Origin: Candidatus Wirthbacteria bacterium
Lineage (GTDB): Bacteria; Patescibacteriota; CG2-30-54-11
Assembly (NCBI GenBank): GCA_903889905.1
Contig: CAISZI010000042.1
Coordinates: 6,000-69,999 of the forward strand
Direction of reading: 5' to 3'
Length of the DNA stretch: 64,000 nt
The stretch's first letter is position 1; each line of letters starts with the position of its first letter. Below are positions 12,701-18,485 of this stretch, in pieces. The notes beneath the pieces were generated by a model, which worked only from the letters and a program-made list of their open reading frames with translations, had not been told where the DNA came from and searched no databases. The translations under genes were made by a program, and so were the position numbers.

Positions 12701-13540
12701 TGCGGCCTCATCAAAGGCAGCCAGAATGGACGCGGCACGGCTTTCAACTACTTCATCCTGTTTATCTTTCGAGGGTCTAGTTTCTTTTTTGCCAGAATCC
12801 AAAACCGATTTCAAATTGGCTTCGAGCTTTATCAGCTCACTTTCGAGATTTTTAATATTATGTGCAGCAGGATGGTTCGTTTTAAGGTCCTTGATTTCAG
12901 CCTTAACGCCGACAATATCCTTACGCAGTTGCGTCGTCGTCGCCACTAATGCGTCATAGGCATTCCCCGATTCCCACGCGGCTTCAGCCAGGATTCGGCT
13001 CAGAAGTGTTTGCACTGCTTCGGTTAAATCAGTCCCGGAGGCATTTTCTTCTTCCAAAGCCTCAATTACGTCCACATCGGACTTGTCATCCAAATTGGTC
13101 GGCAAATTGGCAGCAGTGCGTTCACTGGCGTTGCCGCGGGGCGGATTATGCAAAGATCGTTGTTCAATGGCAATGTTTTTAACAAGTTCATTGAACAACG
13201 GAGAATAACTATTAATCCGATCGATCTCATTGCTGAAGGCATTAACAGCCACCAAACGCTTCTCAATCTGTGCGGCATTGGCATGGGCGGCAAACTTATC
13301 AGTAGAAGCCTGACGGGTTGCCACGATTTTTTGGGCATCTTTAGGTTGAAGCCGTTTGGCGGGATTGGCTTTTTCGGCTTCCAGTTGAGCCAGTTGCGCG
13401 CTATCCAAATCAGCCAAATGGGTTAATTCTGCGTCGGCGATAGCGTCAAAGGCGTCTTCGATTGGATCCACTGGTTTGACGTTTGAGTCATCAGAATTGT
13501 GAAACGCATCTTCGCTTAAAGTCATGGGTTTCCCCACCAT
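3722..13540 (-). CDS. Giant (3272 aa) hypothetical protein, largely helical, with internal domain repeats
   Basis: Uninterrupted 9.8-kb ORF rich in A/E/K/L/D; no signal peptide, TM helix or catalytic motif recognised; internal repeats visible (see findings). Confidence 0.9.
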   Translation of the reverse strand: MVGKPMTLSEDAFHNSDDSNVKPVDPIEDAFDAIADAELTHLADLDSAQLAQLEAEKANPAKRLQPKDAQKIVATRQASTDKFAAHANAAQIEKRLVAVNAFSNEIDRINSYSPLFNELVKNIAIEQRSLHNPPRGNASERTAANLPTNLDDKSDVDVIEALEEENASGTDLTEAVQTLLSRILAEAAWESGNAYDALVATTTQLRKDIVGVKAEIKDLKTNHPAAHNIKNLESELIKLEANLKSVLDSGKKETRPSKDKQDEVVESRAASILAAFDEAATYESKLEGLRDKIKSFLDKHPLNKFNDAFAKLDASSVDPLKTIDVIDKLRDAVDIIKDKQSGIPELDNLVYAHFKQFIDTVLSEENIKALFESVDESKNTSIHTYLELGIYLGKIESLVSPGTHHHGSSAIGDAIRRAKSYLRIKTEHHVNLGFDREIVTTAGGNKIAAEGRMVEAMRDAQSKVAHNAMESEVASQLNAVFHPKVRTELIDKLDASPNKGIAEMLAFLTVARKNNLNEGPLIGTVLYDSEFVNELDRQLSLSTDKSKARIEICVEEALKSTLESNRQKFHQDQDLSMLIAADAGKAAYEKFKAGIAAHQNEQENAANGLMENIGGVTYDKKKATSKASTLFALSARLGLPLSLENINQVLADAGSLPANKMERLPFVQHVQSPTFEFFILSQPDAGSPPNAALDKRWVIAIKGTPDLTKPELIGFHIVEARTIKELKHNQSSRAAAIAELRKLDTEYFTRVQIRHEPGIQTENVNLYQLQMQLDVLRSECKKVNTVQGLGRKLRHEALGMGVTVEGINAELAKMTDDKAPTEAVAKQAFSDRKKKLTAARDALTLLANPMTETPVPEVRDAIEAVREAMRLDAEAKAPVIASLDYLVSTFGGDHDFDAAKAEVARIKANKKLSVAELQAELSKVRLSYYDGRLWRRKLQDLKQAVLEDSRFTPEIRLAAGINMSDIDEVASKESLLTAYRKLDKAKTDALTLVSESALSLSGAAYNKFKADKKLAIEADPNQLNDLKQAIVDKEMVDIQARGGTDPHVDVQIETKTFGTAPIVKKYFFKVTSSYKLTIPVPLKAEIIKAPIVKDVISTPRVYDLESALDIYGRYLKVGTEGVAREAAVNFQVEAVLAGSAHSLGRRGFEVAGTDDASAYIERVKIAQGLNISLDALHLPLVPSTDVGVLKTQHEALQSAILKQSYSRDRQMAGGLSIDVKALPEQSDDFLNFTAFNAAERKLAEDVDKKLVQRYRDNITKAQALGVDLRDLAGTFTKYEEFWAVEEQINARMAAAKHLDEVKKRALEEWDVDPVSVQGAFYQINRQSEKAFLQVADAIESMIEVQKQNLIAQADKEIVRAKWWGVDQARLDNADRLIHDPKVQREDFNLVTQILDEAKSSLNLLKSDRLQLTNLDQIALIDARPELAEDLIKDLIEDRYTDNGKEDISIGEVTYDRVHKEFTVKVSYKEPNTTNASESPKGGARVTDEVVTIANDRDLAFGRKFATTQPRSFGEIPKDLKKLTLQDVIRLSNDHLEVIIKFYEESGREKIDLSTCKFEINSITYDDKSDTFDFDLRLELQAVKMPNLELTISGNDLLAAFKEIALLKLPAATGIGADVRMAAEAEVDRLRSGLQLFAEDRQPSRPANIPTKSVEEIRQEPASLEAGIQADVTDYVESSQRHDIKVKVTWVKAQQKYVIRVESKDLRDNAHIDVDSIGLEEAVKLYRFEDVEVNAVQKKAALQQEIASKLAEANVLGLDAALIADITKFVNEQMATAKLSEIQAALDKLDKGWIPKRLEAVFGLARTKHKTEIADKITTWNADPANTGDLTKARAFLTQISAELSKSLTDYSVEAQKQTETIEPLLVSAHKLHYKDLEDQLIKLKSDIFQEEPIEPIKEAIEKVKKNLQVRIEILVISKDIFRKLTIVPDSEKSDYDIINDTIQLHIEDPDNLVDYDGMVAFAKWARETVVTEDSRQVRHVKATIDTLVAEGTRIKIEADVTRVRDSVAASTDVVENWRVVNLLEGMIATEKRRGAIALFTGERKQGTMLAVHAAEEINADPELLKPTIERELNLYVLSLQRQDVRVEVLWDAAGQKYDVKVISNTTKDGANVEHTDIESIKLENAIKFYLDETVENEMTSVKAQRRQVLLDHIIEAKNYQSIDLIRAIGFVDTKKDSATLKEIETEIEVIDRAVNPLKIAKLIRDAEAHGYLVIANQLKARLGNAAEMEDYKATQVFLEKRAHDIKYFENLPEYLRNMAVLATLKQEARGRNFVDITAQLELLSTNPVRMADIDATKGAIENFRTELKIRVDLDDLNAEVTQKERLRPTYGSIHAKVTARLGDTAALADHAATRTFIRQMRTEIDAEDAAQVADAKQAIERLVNEANVLGIPEIRLEADSLASTGTVTELWQAVPQFEAVITAEKARRKEVSQDRFRLLVQVAEGLAEPIDTTDFRAEFNRATTLVEIDNLINGLNEQISARGESGSEIVDFRLPEDPSDQEFLLLERTILARARIIGTPLLEAVNAELSVHLNNPSQRKRRLRKLWKKVNPGWNDSEDRIAQANKDLHARVDKLRNEIKAAANRIRFTAEPVAQIDYEFDADNPRDVARVSLELQQRKVSGIYRIPMLQLSSLDLSQATEEDLIKETGRLEILLHDLEQISGADSFRPETEDVNIRFEMFGSQGLAGELGLPEATMAESLRQLLGGSVESVCKVTEGGNSYFVVMGHADNQIVRRLAIAPTGNTIGRLPLASVERITNEQIVNATANRESLVAIVTPKLQQIIEFEQSLGIAPSYNLDDMTLYQLGQLVDNLSRPGARVSAEVRKDPVDIMEKALDSMSSESLRQAAQEAGLEAESEIENQLKVIRIIETAALANAKQSKLEKVEDAIKEKERRKATGDDRSDSLLENINNDKTLFLRFSDDEIIQKREATKKILKIINESGRAGKVEVERTQPTAKDNLRMTMARNIKWLISTPDESLTADANQLIDKEEATDAECEELAVSIETAATTYFEQQKNDLLDVLAASLVNEYITVEQADQIRTFVAGDKEALMPGTIRTAQRRIENFSKDNSETVDRAIAGLAGPMRGVNTILDNHANLRAEHGEEIDRFEADYKRLSLATRLHDLNDIIEFRSHILTFQDTLLTYINQDDEYSADRTGPRRPHEDQADRNTGDFTAQQELLHKEPSMAFEMFKERYSDKVALTLARYPENVTHVTEVKYDSEKREFDVFLRIEQTGNQTVTILQEPKVRLAEAVTLMRRWSQATSTPGQKF

Positions 13541-13559
13541 ATAAGGAATTATTCAGATA

Positions 13560-13588
13560 ATTATACCTTATGTAGCATGTTTTGGCGA
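13560..13588 (-). promoter_or_regulatory. Candidate sigma70 promoter of the giant gene
   Basis: TCGCCA (13588-13583), 17 nt, TATAAT (13565-13560), about 20 nt upstream of the ATG at 13540. Confidence 0.6.
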
Positions 13589-13625
13589 GGCGGGACAAGG
13601 GTGAAGTAAGGAAGTGTCGGCTGCT

Positions 13626-13654
13626 TTGACCTAAGCGGTAATCCTTGTTATAAT
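13626..13654 (+). promoter_or_regulatory. Near-consensus sigma70 promoter with extended -10
   Basis: TTGACC (13626-13631), 17 nt, TATAAT (13649-13654), with TG at 13646-13647. Confidence 0.8.
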
Positions 13655-13690
13655 TATTTACCAATAAACTTTTATAACTGCACAAATAGC

Positions 13691-13981
13691 ATGTCTGACA
13701 ACCAACAACCCGAAGAACACGTCCTGTTCTACCGCAGCGAAAAACTCGAACCGCGCGAGCTGGGTTATGAGCAGATTAAATTCGTGTTTATGAAACTGTC
13801 GGAATGGCTCCTTAGCCGCCGCCAGGAAACGCTGGAACAGCTGATGGAAATGCTCGAACGCCTGCAGCAGCTCTATCCACGTGCCTACGAATGGATGATG
13901 CAGATCATAGCCCAGCAGTTACCTCAGTTCCTGGGGACGCAACCGCCACCCATGGCGCAAACAGTACCGATTCCGACTTAA
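13691..13981 (+). CDS. Small hypothetical helical protein (96 aa)
   Basis: ORF bracketed by a strong promoter and a terminator; Q/E/L/M-rich amphipathic sequence with a Pro-rich tail. Confidence 0.8.
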   Translation: MSDNQQPEEHVLFYRSEKLEPRELGYEQIKFVFMKLSEWLLSRRQETLEQLMEMLERLQQLYPRAYEWMMQIIAQQLPQFLGTQPPPMAQTVPIPT

Positions 13982-13982
13982 C

Positions 13983-14011
13983 AAAATCCCGCCATAGTGG
14001 CGGGATTTTTT
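13983..14011 (+). terminator. Intrinsic terminator
   Basis: AAAATCCCGCCA-TAG-TGGCGGGATTTT followed by further Ts, immediately after the stop at 13981. Confidence 0.9.
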
Positions 14012-14037
14012 GTTGCTTGGCCTCTTTTCCTGCAGTT

Positions 14038-14178
14038 CGTCATTGCGAGGGAGTCAGCGACCGCGGTAAGTTCATGGCTTGCAATGAACTTATCCAGCAC
14101 AGCTGGGCAATCTAGTTTCCAATTCTTACGGAGAAATCCACTAGATTGCCGCGCCCCGCGACGAGGCTCGCAATGACG
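14038..14178. repeat. Palindromic REP/RPE-like element, family A copy 1
   Basis: 12-bp terminal IR CGTCATTGCGAG/CTCGCAATGACG; inner 11-bp IR GGCAATCTAGT (14106-14116)/ACTAGATTGCC (14140-14150); homologous copy at 18300-18440. Confidence 0.85.
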
Positions 14179-14255
14179 GATTAGCATCGTTTGAACTAAT
14201 AAGGCCTACTTTGTTTCTCTGTGCTTTGTCGTATAATGCACCCGTAACCTGATCA

Positions 14256-14284
14256 TTGTTAATACCGCGCACTTCGGCTATAAT
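14256..14284 (+). promoter_or_regulatory. Candidate sigma70 promoter for the Pro-rich protein/ATPase pair
   Basis: TTGTTA (14256-14261), 17 nt, TATAAT (14279-14284); a second TATAAT lies at 14232-14237. Confidence 0.6.
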
Positions 14285-14331
14285 TAAATGATGCCATTTC
14301 CATCTTTTGGAGCAACGAAACCAACTCCCCC

Positions 14332-15381
14332 ATGAACGATACCCCTACTAACCAAAACCCAAACCTAAATAACACGACTTTCAGCCTGCTGCTGAAGTCT
14401 TTTGGGTTTAATGCGACCCAGGTGCAGTCGTCGCTAAGGGATGTCAATGAAATTCTCGAAAAGGAAATCCTGGGTGAGATTGCCGGCAAACTGACTGAAA
14501 GGCAGTTACACATCCTCAATACACTCAAGACACAACAGTCGGTCAGCCAGTTCATGAAGGAACAACTGCCGGATTTTGATGCGTTGCTGCGTGGCAAAGT
14601 TGAAAACCTGCTCAAAGATACGAACGCACAGCTCGACTCACTCAAAAATGTTGCCACAGCGCCATCTGTAACCCAACCCTCGGCTCCCCCTCTACCCCAG
14701 CCAGTACCAGTGCAAACAGCACCTGCCGTTGTCATACCAGCCGTTCCTGCCCCAATACCACAGCCACTACAGAGCTTTGCTTTGCCACTACCGGCAGCGC
14801 CTGTATTTCCACAACCAGCGCAAGCGTTGGTGCCAGTTACCGACAAACCCAATGCCGCAATGGATGATTTCAAAAAGAAAATGGAAGAGCTGCTCAAACC
14901 GCCCACAGGGCCCAAGGAAGTTGCCAAACCCCCAAGCACTGGCAAAGCGGGTGCTGATGGCAAATCCAAACTGCCTCCCCTGCCGCCACTACCGCCGTTG
15001 CCACCACTTAAGGGCGGCAAACCCGGTGGTTTTCCGGGCATGCCGGGCGCTGGTGGCCCAGCCAAAAAAACACCCGAAGAACTCAAAGCCGAAGAAGAAA
15101 AACGCCAAAAAGAACGTGCCGAAGCGGAACAAAAGATTGCCGAACAGCACAAGCTGGACGAAGCGGAAGTTGCCAAACTGATCGCTGAAATTATGGCCAT
15201 TGACGAAAGTGCCGGTAAAGCTGCTGAGGACGGGCCCCATGAAAAGAATTTTCTCAATAAGAAATACGAAAACAAATTACTGCATCAGCTCGAGCGCGCC
15301 GCGGGTAAGTCACAATGGCAACAAGGCGCGGAAATTTTTCATTTGCTCAAAAATCTGCGTCGCAAAGCCAACCAGCCTTAA
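14332..15381 (+). CDS. Hypothetical Pro-rich protein with a DUF5663-like helical N-terminal domain and a charged helical C-terminus
   Basis: N-terminus ILEKEILGEIAGKLTERQ...FMKEQLPDFDALLRGKVENL resembles DUF5663-type proteins (by eye); central P/A/V/Q tract with LPPLPPLPPLPPL; E/K-rich coiled tail. Confidence 0.75.
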   Translation: MNDTPTNQNPNLNNTTFSLLLKSFGFNATQVQSSLRDVNEILEKEILGEIAGKLTERQLHILNTLKTQQSVSQFMKEQLPDFDALLRGKVENLLKDTNAQLDSLKNVATAPSVTQPSAPPLPQPVPVQTAPAVVIPAVPAPIPQPLQSFALPLPAAPVFPQPAQALVPVTDKPNAAMDDFKKKMEELLKPPTGPKEVAKPPSTGKAGADGKSKLPPLPPLPPLPPLKGGKPGGFPGMPGAGGPAKKTPEELKAEEEKRQKERAEAEQKIAEQHKLDEAEVAKLIAEIMAIDESAGKAAEDGPHEKNFLNKKYENKLLHQLERAAGKSQWQQGAEIFHLLKNLRRKANQP

Positions 15382-15401
15382 CTTTTAGTCCAAGCCAACC
15401 C

Positions 15402-18056
15402 ATGCCCCCTTCTCCCCAGGATTCCGGCAACGAAGCCTATTTCGGATTCAAAAGCAGCACCGCTCTGGTCGTTGGCATACTGGTGATTGTGGGCGCGCTG
15501 ATCGTCTCTGTGGTGAGTACGGCGTCACTCCGGAATCAACTGGACGCGACGAGTTTTGACGTTGGTTCGCTCTCCCTCACGGTTGGGATTGGCGTCGGCA
15601 TCGCACTGGGAGCACTGCTGCTGCTTTATATCATCGCCATGCTGATGCTGACTCGTATCCGTCACCACTATCGCCGCGAGCGGTCCCTAAACAGTGTGCT
15701 GATCTCGGTCAAGGTGCCTAAATTCACCGAAATCCTGGCCGACGCCTCGGAAGCTATTTTTAATAGCCTTTATAGTGTTTACGAAGCTTCCACGCTCACC
15801 AAACGCATCAACAAATACTTTGCCGGACAGGAATCGTTTAGCTTTGAAATTGTCTCCCAGAAACAAAGCATCGACTTCTATATGTATGTGCACAAAGATT
15901 TGGCAGAATTGCTCTCGCGCCAGATTTACTCCCAATACCCGGACGCGGACGTGGCAATTGTCGAAGATTACAGCGTTTTTTTTCCGGACTGCCGCATCAA
16001 GTTCACCGAACTGCGCCAGACCGCTGAGCCTGCCCACCCGATCAAAAGTTACCGTGATTTGGCCAAGGAAGCCGGCACGCAGCAACTCAAGGACATTACC
16101 GTGGATTCGATGAGTGCGCTCACCAACGCCATTGGCAAACTCGAGGAAGACGAAGCCGCGGTGGTGCAGTTTGTCATCCGGCCCACCGGCAAACAGTGGC
16201 AACAGGAAGGCGAACAGCTGATCAAGAAAATTTACGACAAAACCAAAGGCAAAGATAACCAGCCAGGTGAACAGCTCACCAGTGGCGACCAGGAAAAAAT
16301 CCGTGCCCTCGAGAGCGCCATTTCCAAACCTGGCTTTGAAACAGTGCTGCGCATAGTCACGGTATCGGACACAGAAAACAAAGCCGACATGAATCTCAAA
16401 AATATCCTGGCTGCGTTTGAACACTTTGCCATCGTTGGCCACAACCGCCTGCATCGCAAAAAACGTATCAGCAAGACCTTTTTCTTCCGCAGTTTCCTCT
16501 TCCGTTACATGCCGCTGATCAACTACAAACCGGCCAAATGGCTGTTTGGGCTGAATCCCTTCATTGGCCGCGTCTTTGGGCAGACAATGACTTTTAATAC
16601 CGAAGAACTGGCCTCGCTCTACCACTTCCCCAATAAAAACATCAACACCCCGCAGATCAACTGGCTCAAAGCCAAACGCGCCCCGGCGCCGCAGGAAGTC
16701 CCGACCACGCTGATGAAAAAGGGCCAGGTGGCCGAGGCAAAAGGCGACGTGATCATGCAGGACCGCAATGTCATGGGTTTCAACATGTATCGCGGCGTGA
16801 AGAAAGATGTCTGCATCAAACGTGAAGACCGCCGCCGCCACGTCTACTCCATTGGCCGCACGGGTATGGGTAAATCCGTCTTTATGGAAAACCAGATTTA
16901 TCAGGACATCGTCAACGGCGAAGGCGTTTGCGTCATCGACCCGCACGGCGACCTGGCGCGCAAGTGTCTGGAATTTGTGCCCAAATCGCGCATCAACGAC
17001 GTCATTTACTTTGACCCGTCCGATGTGGAGCGGCCTATGGGTCTCAATATGCTGGAAGCCCACACGCCCGAGGAAAAAGACTTTGCCGTGGCCGAGATGG
17101 TCGCCATCCTGTACAAACTCTTTGCCGAATTTATTGGGCCGCGGTTTGAACACATTGTACGCAACTCGATGCTGGCGATCATGGAACATCCCGATGGTGG
17201 CACGCTGGTCGAAATGATGCGCATCCTCACCGACGACGCCTACAAGGACGAGTGTCTGAAATACGTCACCAATCCGCTGGTCAAGGCGTTCTGGCAAGAA
17301 GAAATGGCGCAACAAGTTCAGTTCCACAAATCCGAGATGCTGGGGCCAGTGCTGTCCAAATTTGGCCGTTTTGTTTCCAATGACATGATGCGCAACATTA
17401 TTGGCCAGACCAAAAGTGCATTCAACTTCCGTGAAATCATGGACAAACAAAAAATATTGCTGATCAACCTCGCCAAAGGTAAAGTCGGTGACATCAACTG
17501 CAACCTGCTGGGCATGATTGTGGTTTCCAAACTGCTGATCGCGAGCCTTAGCCGCACCGACATTGCCGAGGAAGACCGCAAGGATTTTTACCTCTACGTC
17601 GACGAATTCCAGAACTTTGCCACGGACAGCTTTGCCACGATCCTGTCGGAAGCCCGTAAATACCGCCTCAGTCTCAATGTTACCCACCAGTACGTGGGCC
17701 AGCTCAAGGAAGAAATCCAGAAAGCCGTATTTGGTAACGTCGGTACCTTCATCAGCTTCCGCATCGGTGCGCCGGACGCGGAACTCGTGGCCAAGGAATT
17801 CAAACCGATTTTTGATGAAACCGACATGGTCAATGTCGAGAAATATACCTGCTACATCAAACTGCTGGTGGACGGTGTTACGACCAAAGGTTTCAGCATG
17901 CACACTTTCCCGCCGGTCAAGATCAAGCACCAGAACTACGCCGACAAAATCCACGAAATCTGCCGCCTCAAATACGGCCTCCCGCGTTCACTGGTGGACA
18001 AAGAAATCCGCCGCCGTGGACAATTGGACAAGGTATTGCAAGCGGCGGGACAGTAG
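15402..18056 (+). CDS. Membrane-anchored VirD4/TraD-like (HerA-FtsK superfamily) type IV coupling-type ATPase
   Basis: Two N-terminal TM helices; Walker A GRTGMGKS, VIDPHGDL, Walker B LYVDEFQNF, SEARKY, HQYVGQL. Start placed at ATG 15402; the track start at 15315 overlaps the upstream gene. Confidence 0.9.
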   Translation: MPPSPQDSGNEAYFGFKSSTALVVGILVIVGALIVSVVSTASLRNQLDATSFDVGSLSLTVGIGVGIALGALLLLYIIAMLMLTRIRHHYRRERSLNSVLISVKVPKFTEILADASEAIFNSLYSVYEASTLTKRINKYFAGQESFSFEIVSQKQSIDFYMYVHKDLAELLSRQIYSQYPDADVAIVEDYSVFFPDCRIKFTELRQTAEPAHPIKSYRDLAKEAGTQQLKDITVDSMSALTNAIGKLEEDEAAVVQFVIRPTGKQWQQEGEQLIKKIYDKTKGKDNQPGEQLTSGDQEKIRALESAISKPGFETVLRIVTVSDTENKADMNLKNILAAFEHFAIVGHNRLHRKKRISKTFFFRSFLFRYMPLINYKPAKWLFGLNPFIGRVFGQTMTFNTEELASLYHFPNKNINTPQINWLKAKRAPAPQEVPTTLMKKGQVAEAKGDVIMQDRNVMGFNMYRGVKKDVCIKREDRRRHVYSIGRTGMGKSVFMENQIYQDIVNGEGVCVIDPHGDLARKCLEFVPKSRINDVIYFDPSDVERPMGLNMLEAHTPEEKDFAVAEMVAILYKLFAEFIGPRFEHIVRNSMLAIMEHPDGGTLVEMMRILTDDAYKDECLKYVTNPLVKAFWQEEMAQQVQFHKSEMLGPVLSKFGRFVSNDMMRNIIGQTKSAFNFREIMDKQKILLINLAKGKVGDINCNLLGMIVVSKLLIASLSRTDIAEEDRKDFYLYVDEFQNFATDSFATILSEARKYRLSLNVTHQYVGQLKEEIQKAVFGNVGTFISFRIGAPDAELVAKEFKPIFDETDMVNVEKYTCYIKLLVDGVTTKGFSMHTFPPVKIKHQNYADKIHEICRLKYGLPRSLVDKEIRRRGQLDKVLQAAGQ

Positions 18057-18106
18057 ACGAAAAATAATAAGCACTAAATTCTAACATTCAAACGAAGACT
18101 TCATCT

Positions 18107-18265
18107 GTCATGCTGAACGGAGTGAAGCATCCTTACTGCAGGTGAGGTCATTGCGTGGCTCTCCACAACGGTCCGTTTCATAAGTAGCACGGATTCCTGC
18201 TTGCTAGCAGGCAAGCTTCCTCCTTTGCCTGGCTTCGGAGGACAAGTCGCTGCACGCAGAATGAC
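18107..18265. repeat. Palindromic REP-like element, family B, with nested smaller palindromes
   Basis: Ends GTCATGCTG.../...CAGAATGAC; left arm GTCATGCTGAACGGAGTGAAGCATCC; right arm interrupted by CCTGCTTGCTAGCAGGCAAG and CCTCCTTTGCCTGGCTTCGGAGGA. Confidence 0.7.
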
Positions 18266-18299
18266 TACATTTGCCCTTTGCAAGGGGATAGAAAGTGCT

Positions 18300-18440
18300 G
18301 TCATTGCGAGGAGCCTCGACGTGGTTAGTTAATAGCTTGATATAAACTAATCCAGCAAAGCTGGGCAATCAAGTTGCTTGAATGTCTGCGACAGCAAACG
18401 CCACTAGATTGCCATGCCTTGGGACAAGGCTCGCAATGAC
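18300..18440. repeat. Palindromic REP/RPE-like element, family A copy 2
   Basis: 11-bp terminal IR GTCATTGCGAG/CTCGCAATGAC; inner GGCAATCAAGT/ACTAGATTGCC; same layout and about the same 140-bp length as 14038-14178. Confidence 0.85.
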
Positions 18441-18485
18441 TTTATTCCTACTCCTTGTAAGGGGGCGCTGGGTGTTCTCTTCTCC

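Noticed and set aside
3722-13540. Phage tape measure, SMC or RTX/adhesin identity for the giant protein
   Set aside because: No phage neighbours, Walker motifs, Gly-Asp nonapeptides, Ig-like repeats or signal peptide recognised.
14259-15275. 338-aa Gly/Ser-rich minus-strand ORF
   Set aside because: Mirror of the Pro-rich gene; the promoter candidate and operon context favour the plus strand.
15687-17954. 755-aa minus-strand ORF
   Set aside because: Antisense shadow of the coupling ATPase, with no motifs; expected from the codon bias of the real gene.
14038-18440. ICE, conjugative element or composite transposon
   Set aside because: No integrase, relaxase, transposase or mating-pair genes, and no target-site duplication recognised.
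18057-18485. CRISPR array or tRNA in the repeat-rich gap
   Set aside because: No regularly spaced direct repeats and no cloverleaf or T-loop consensus; only palindromes.
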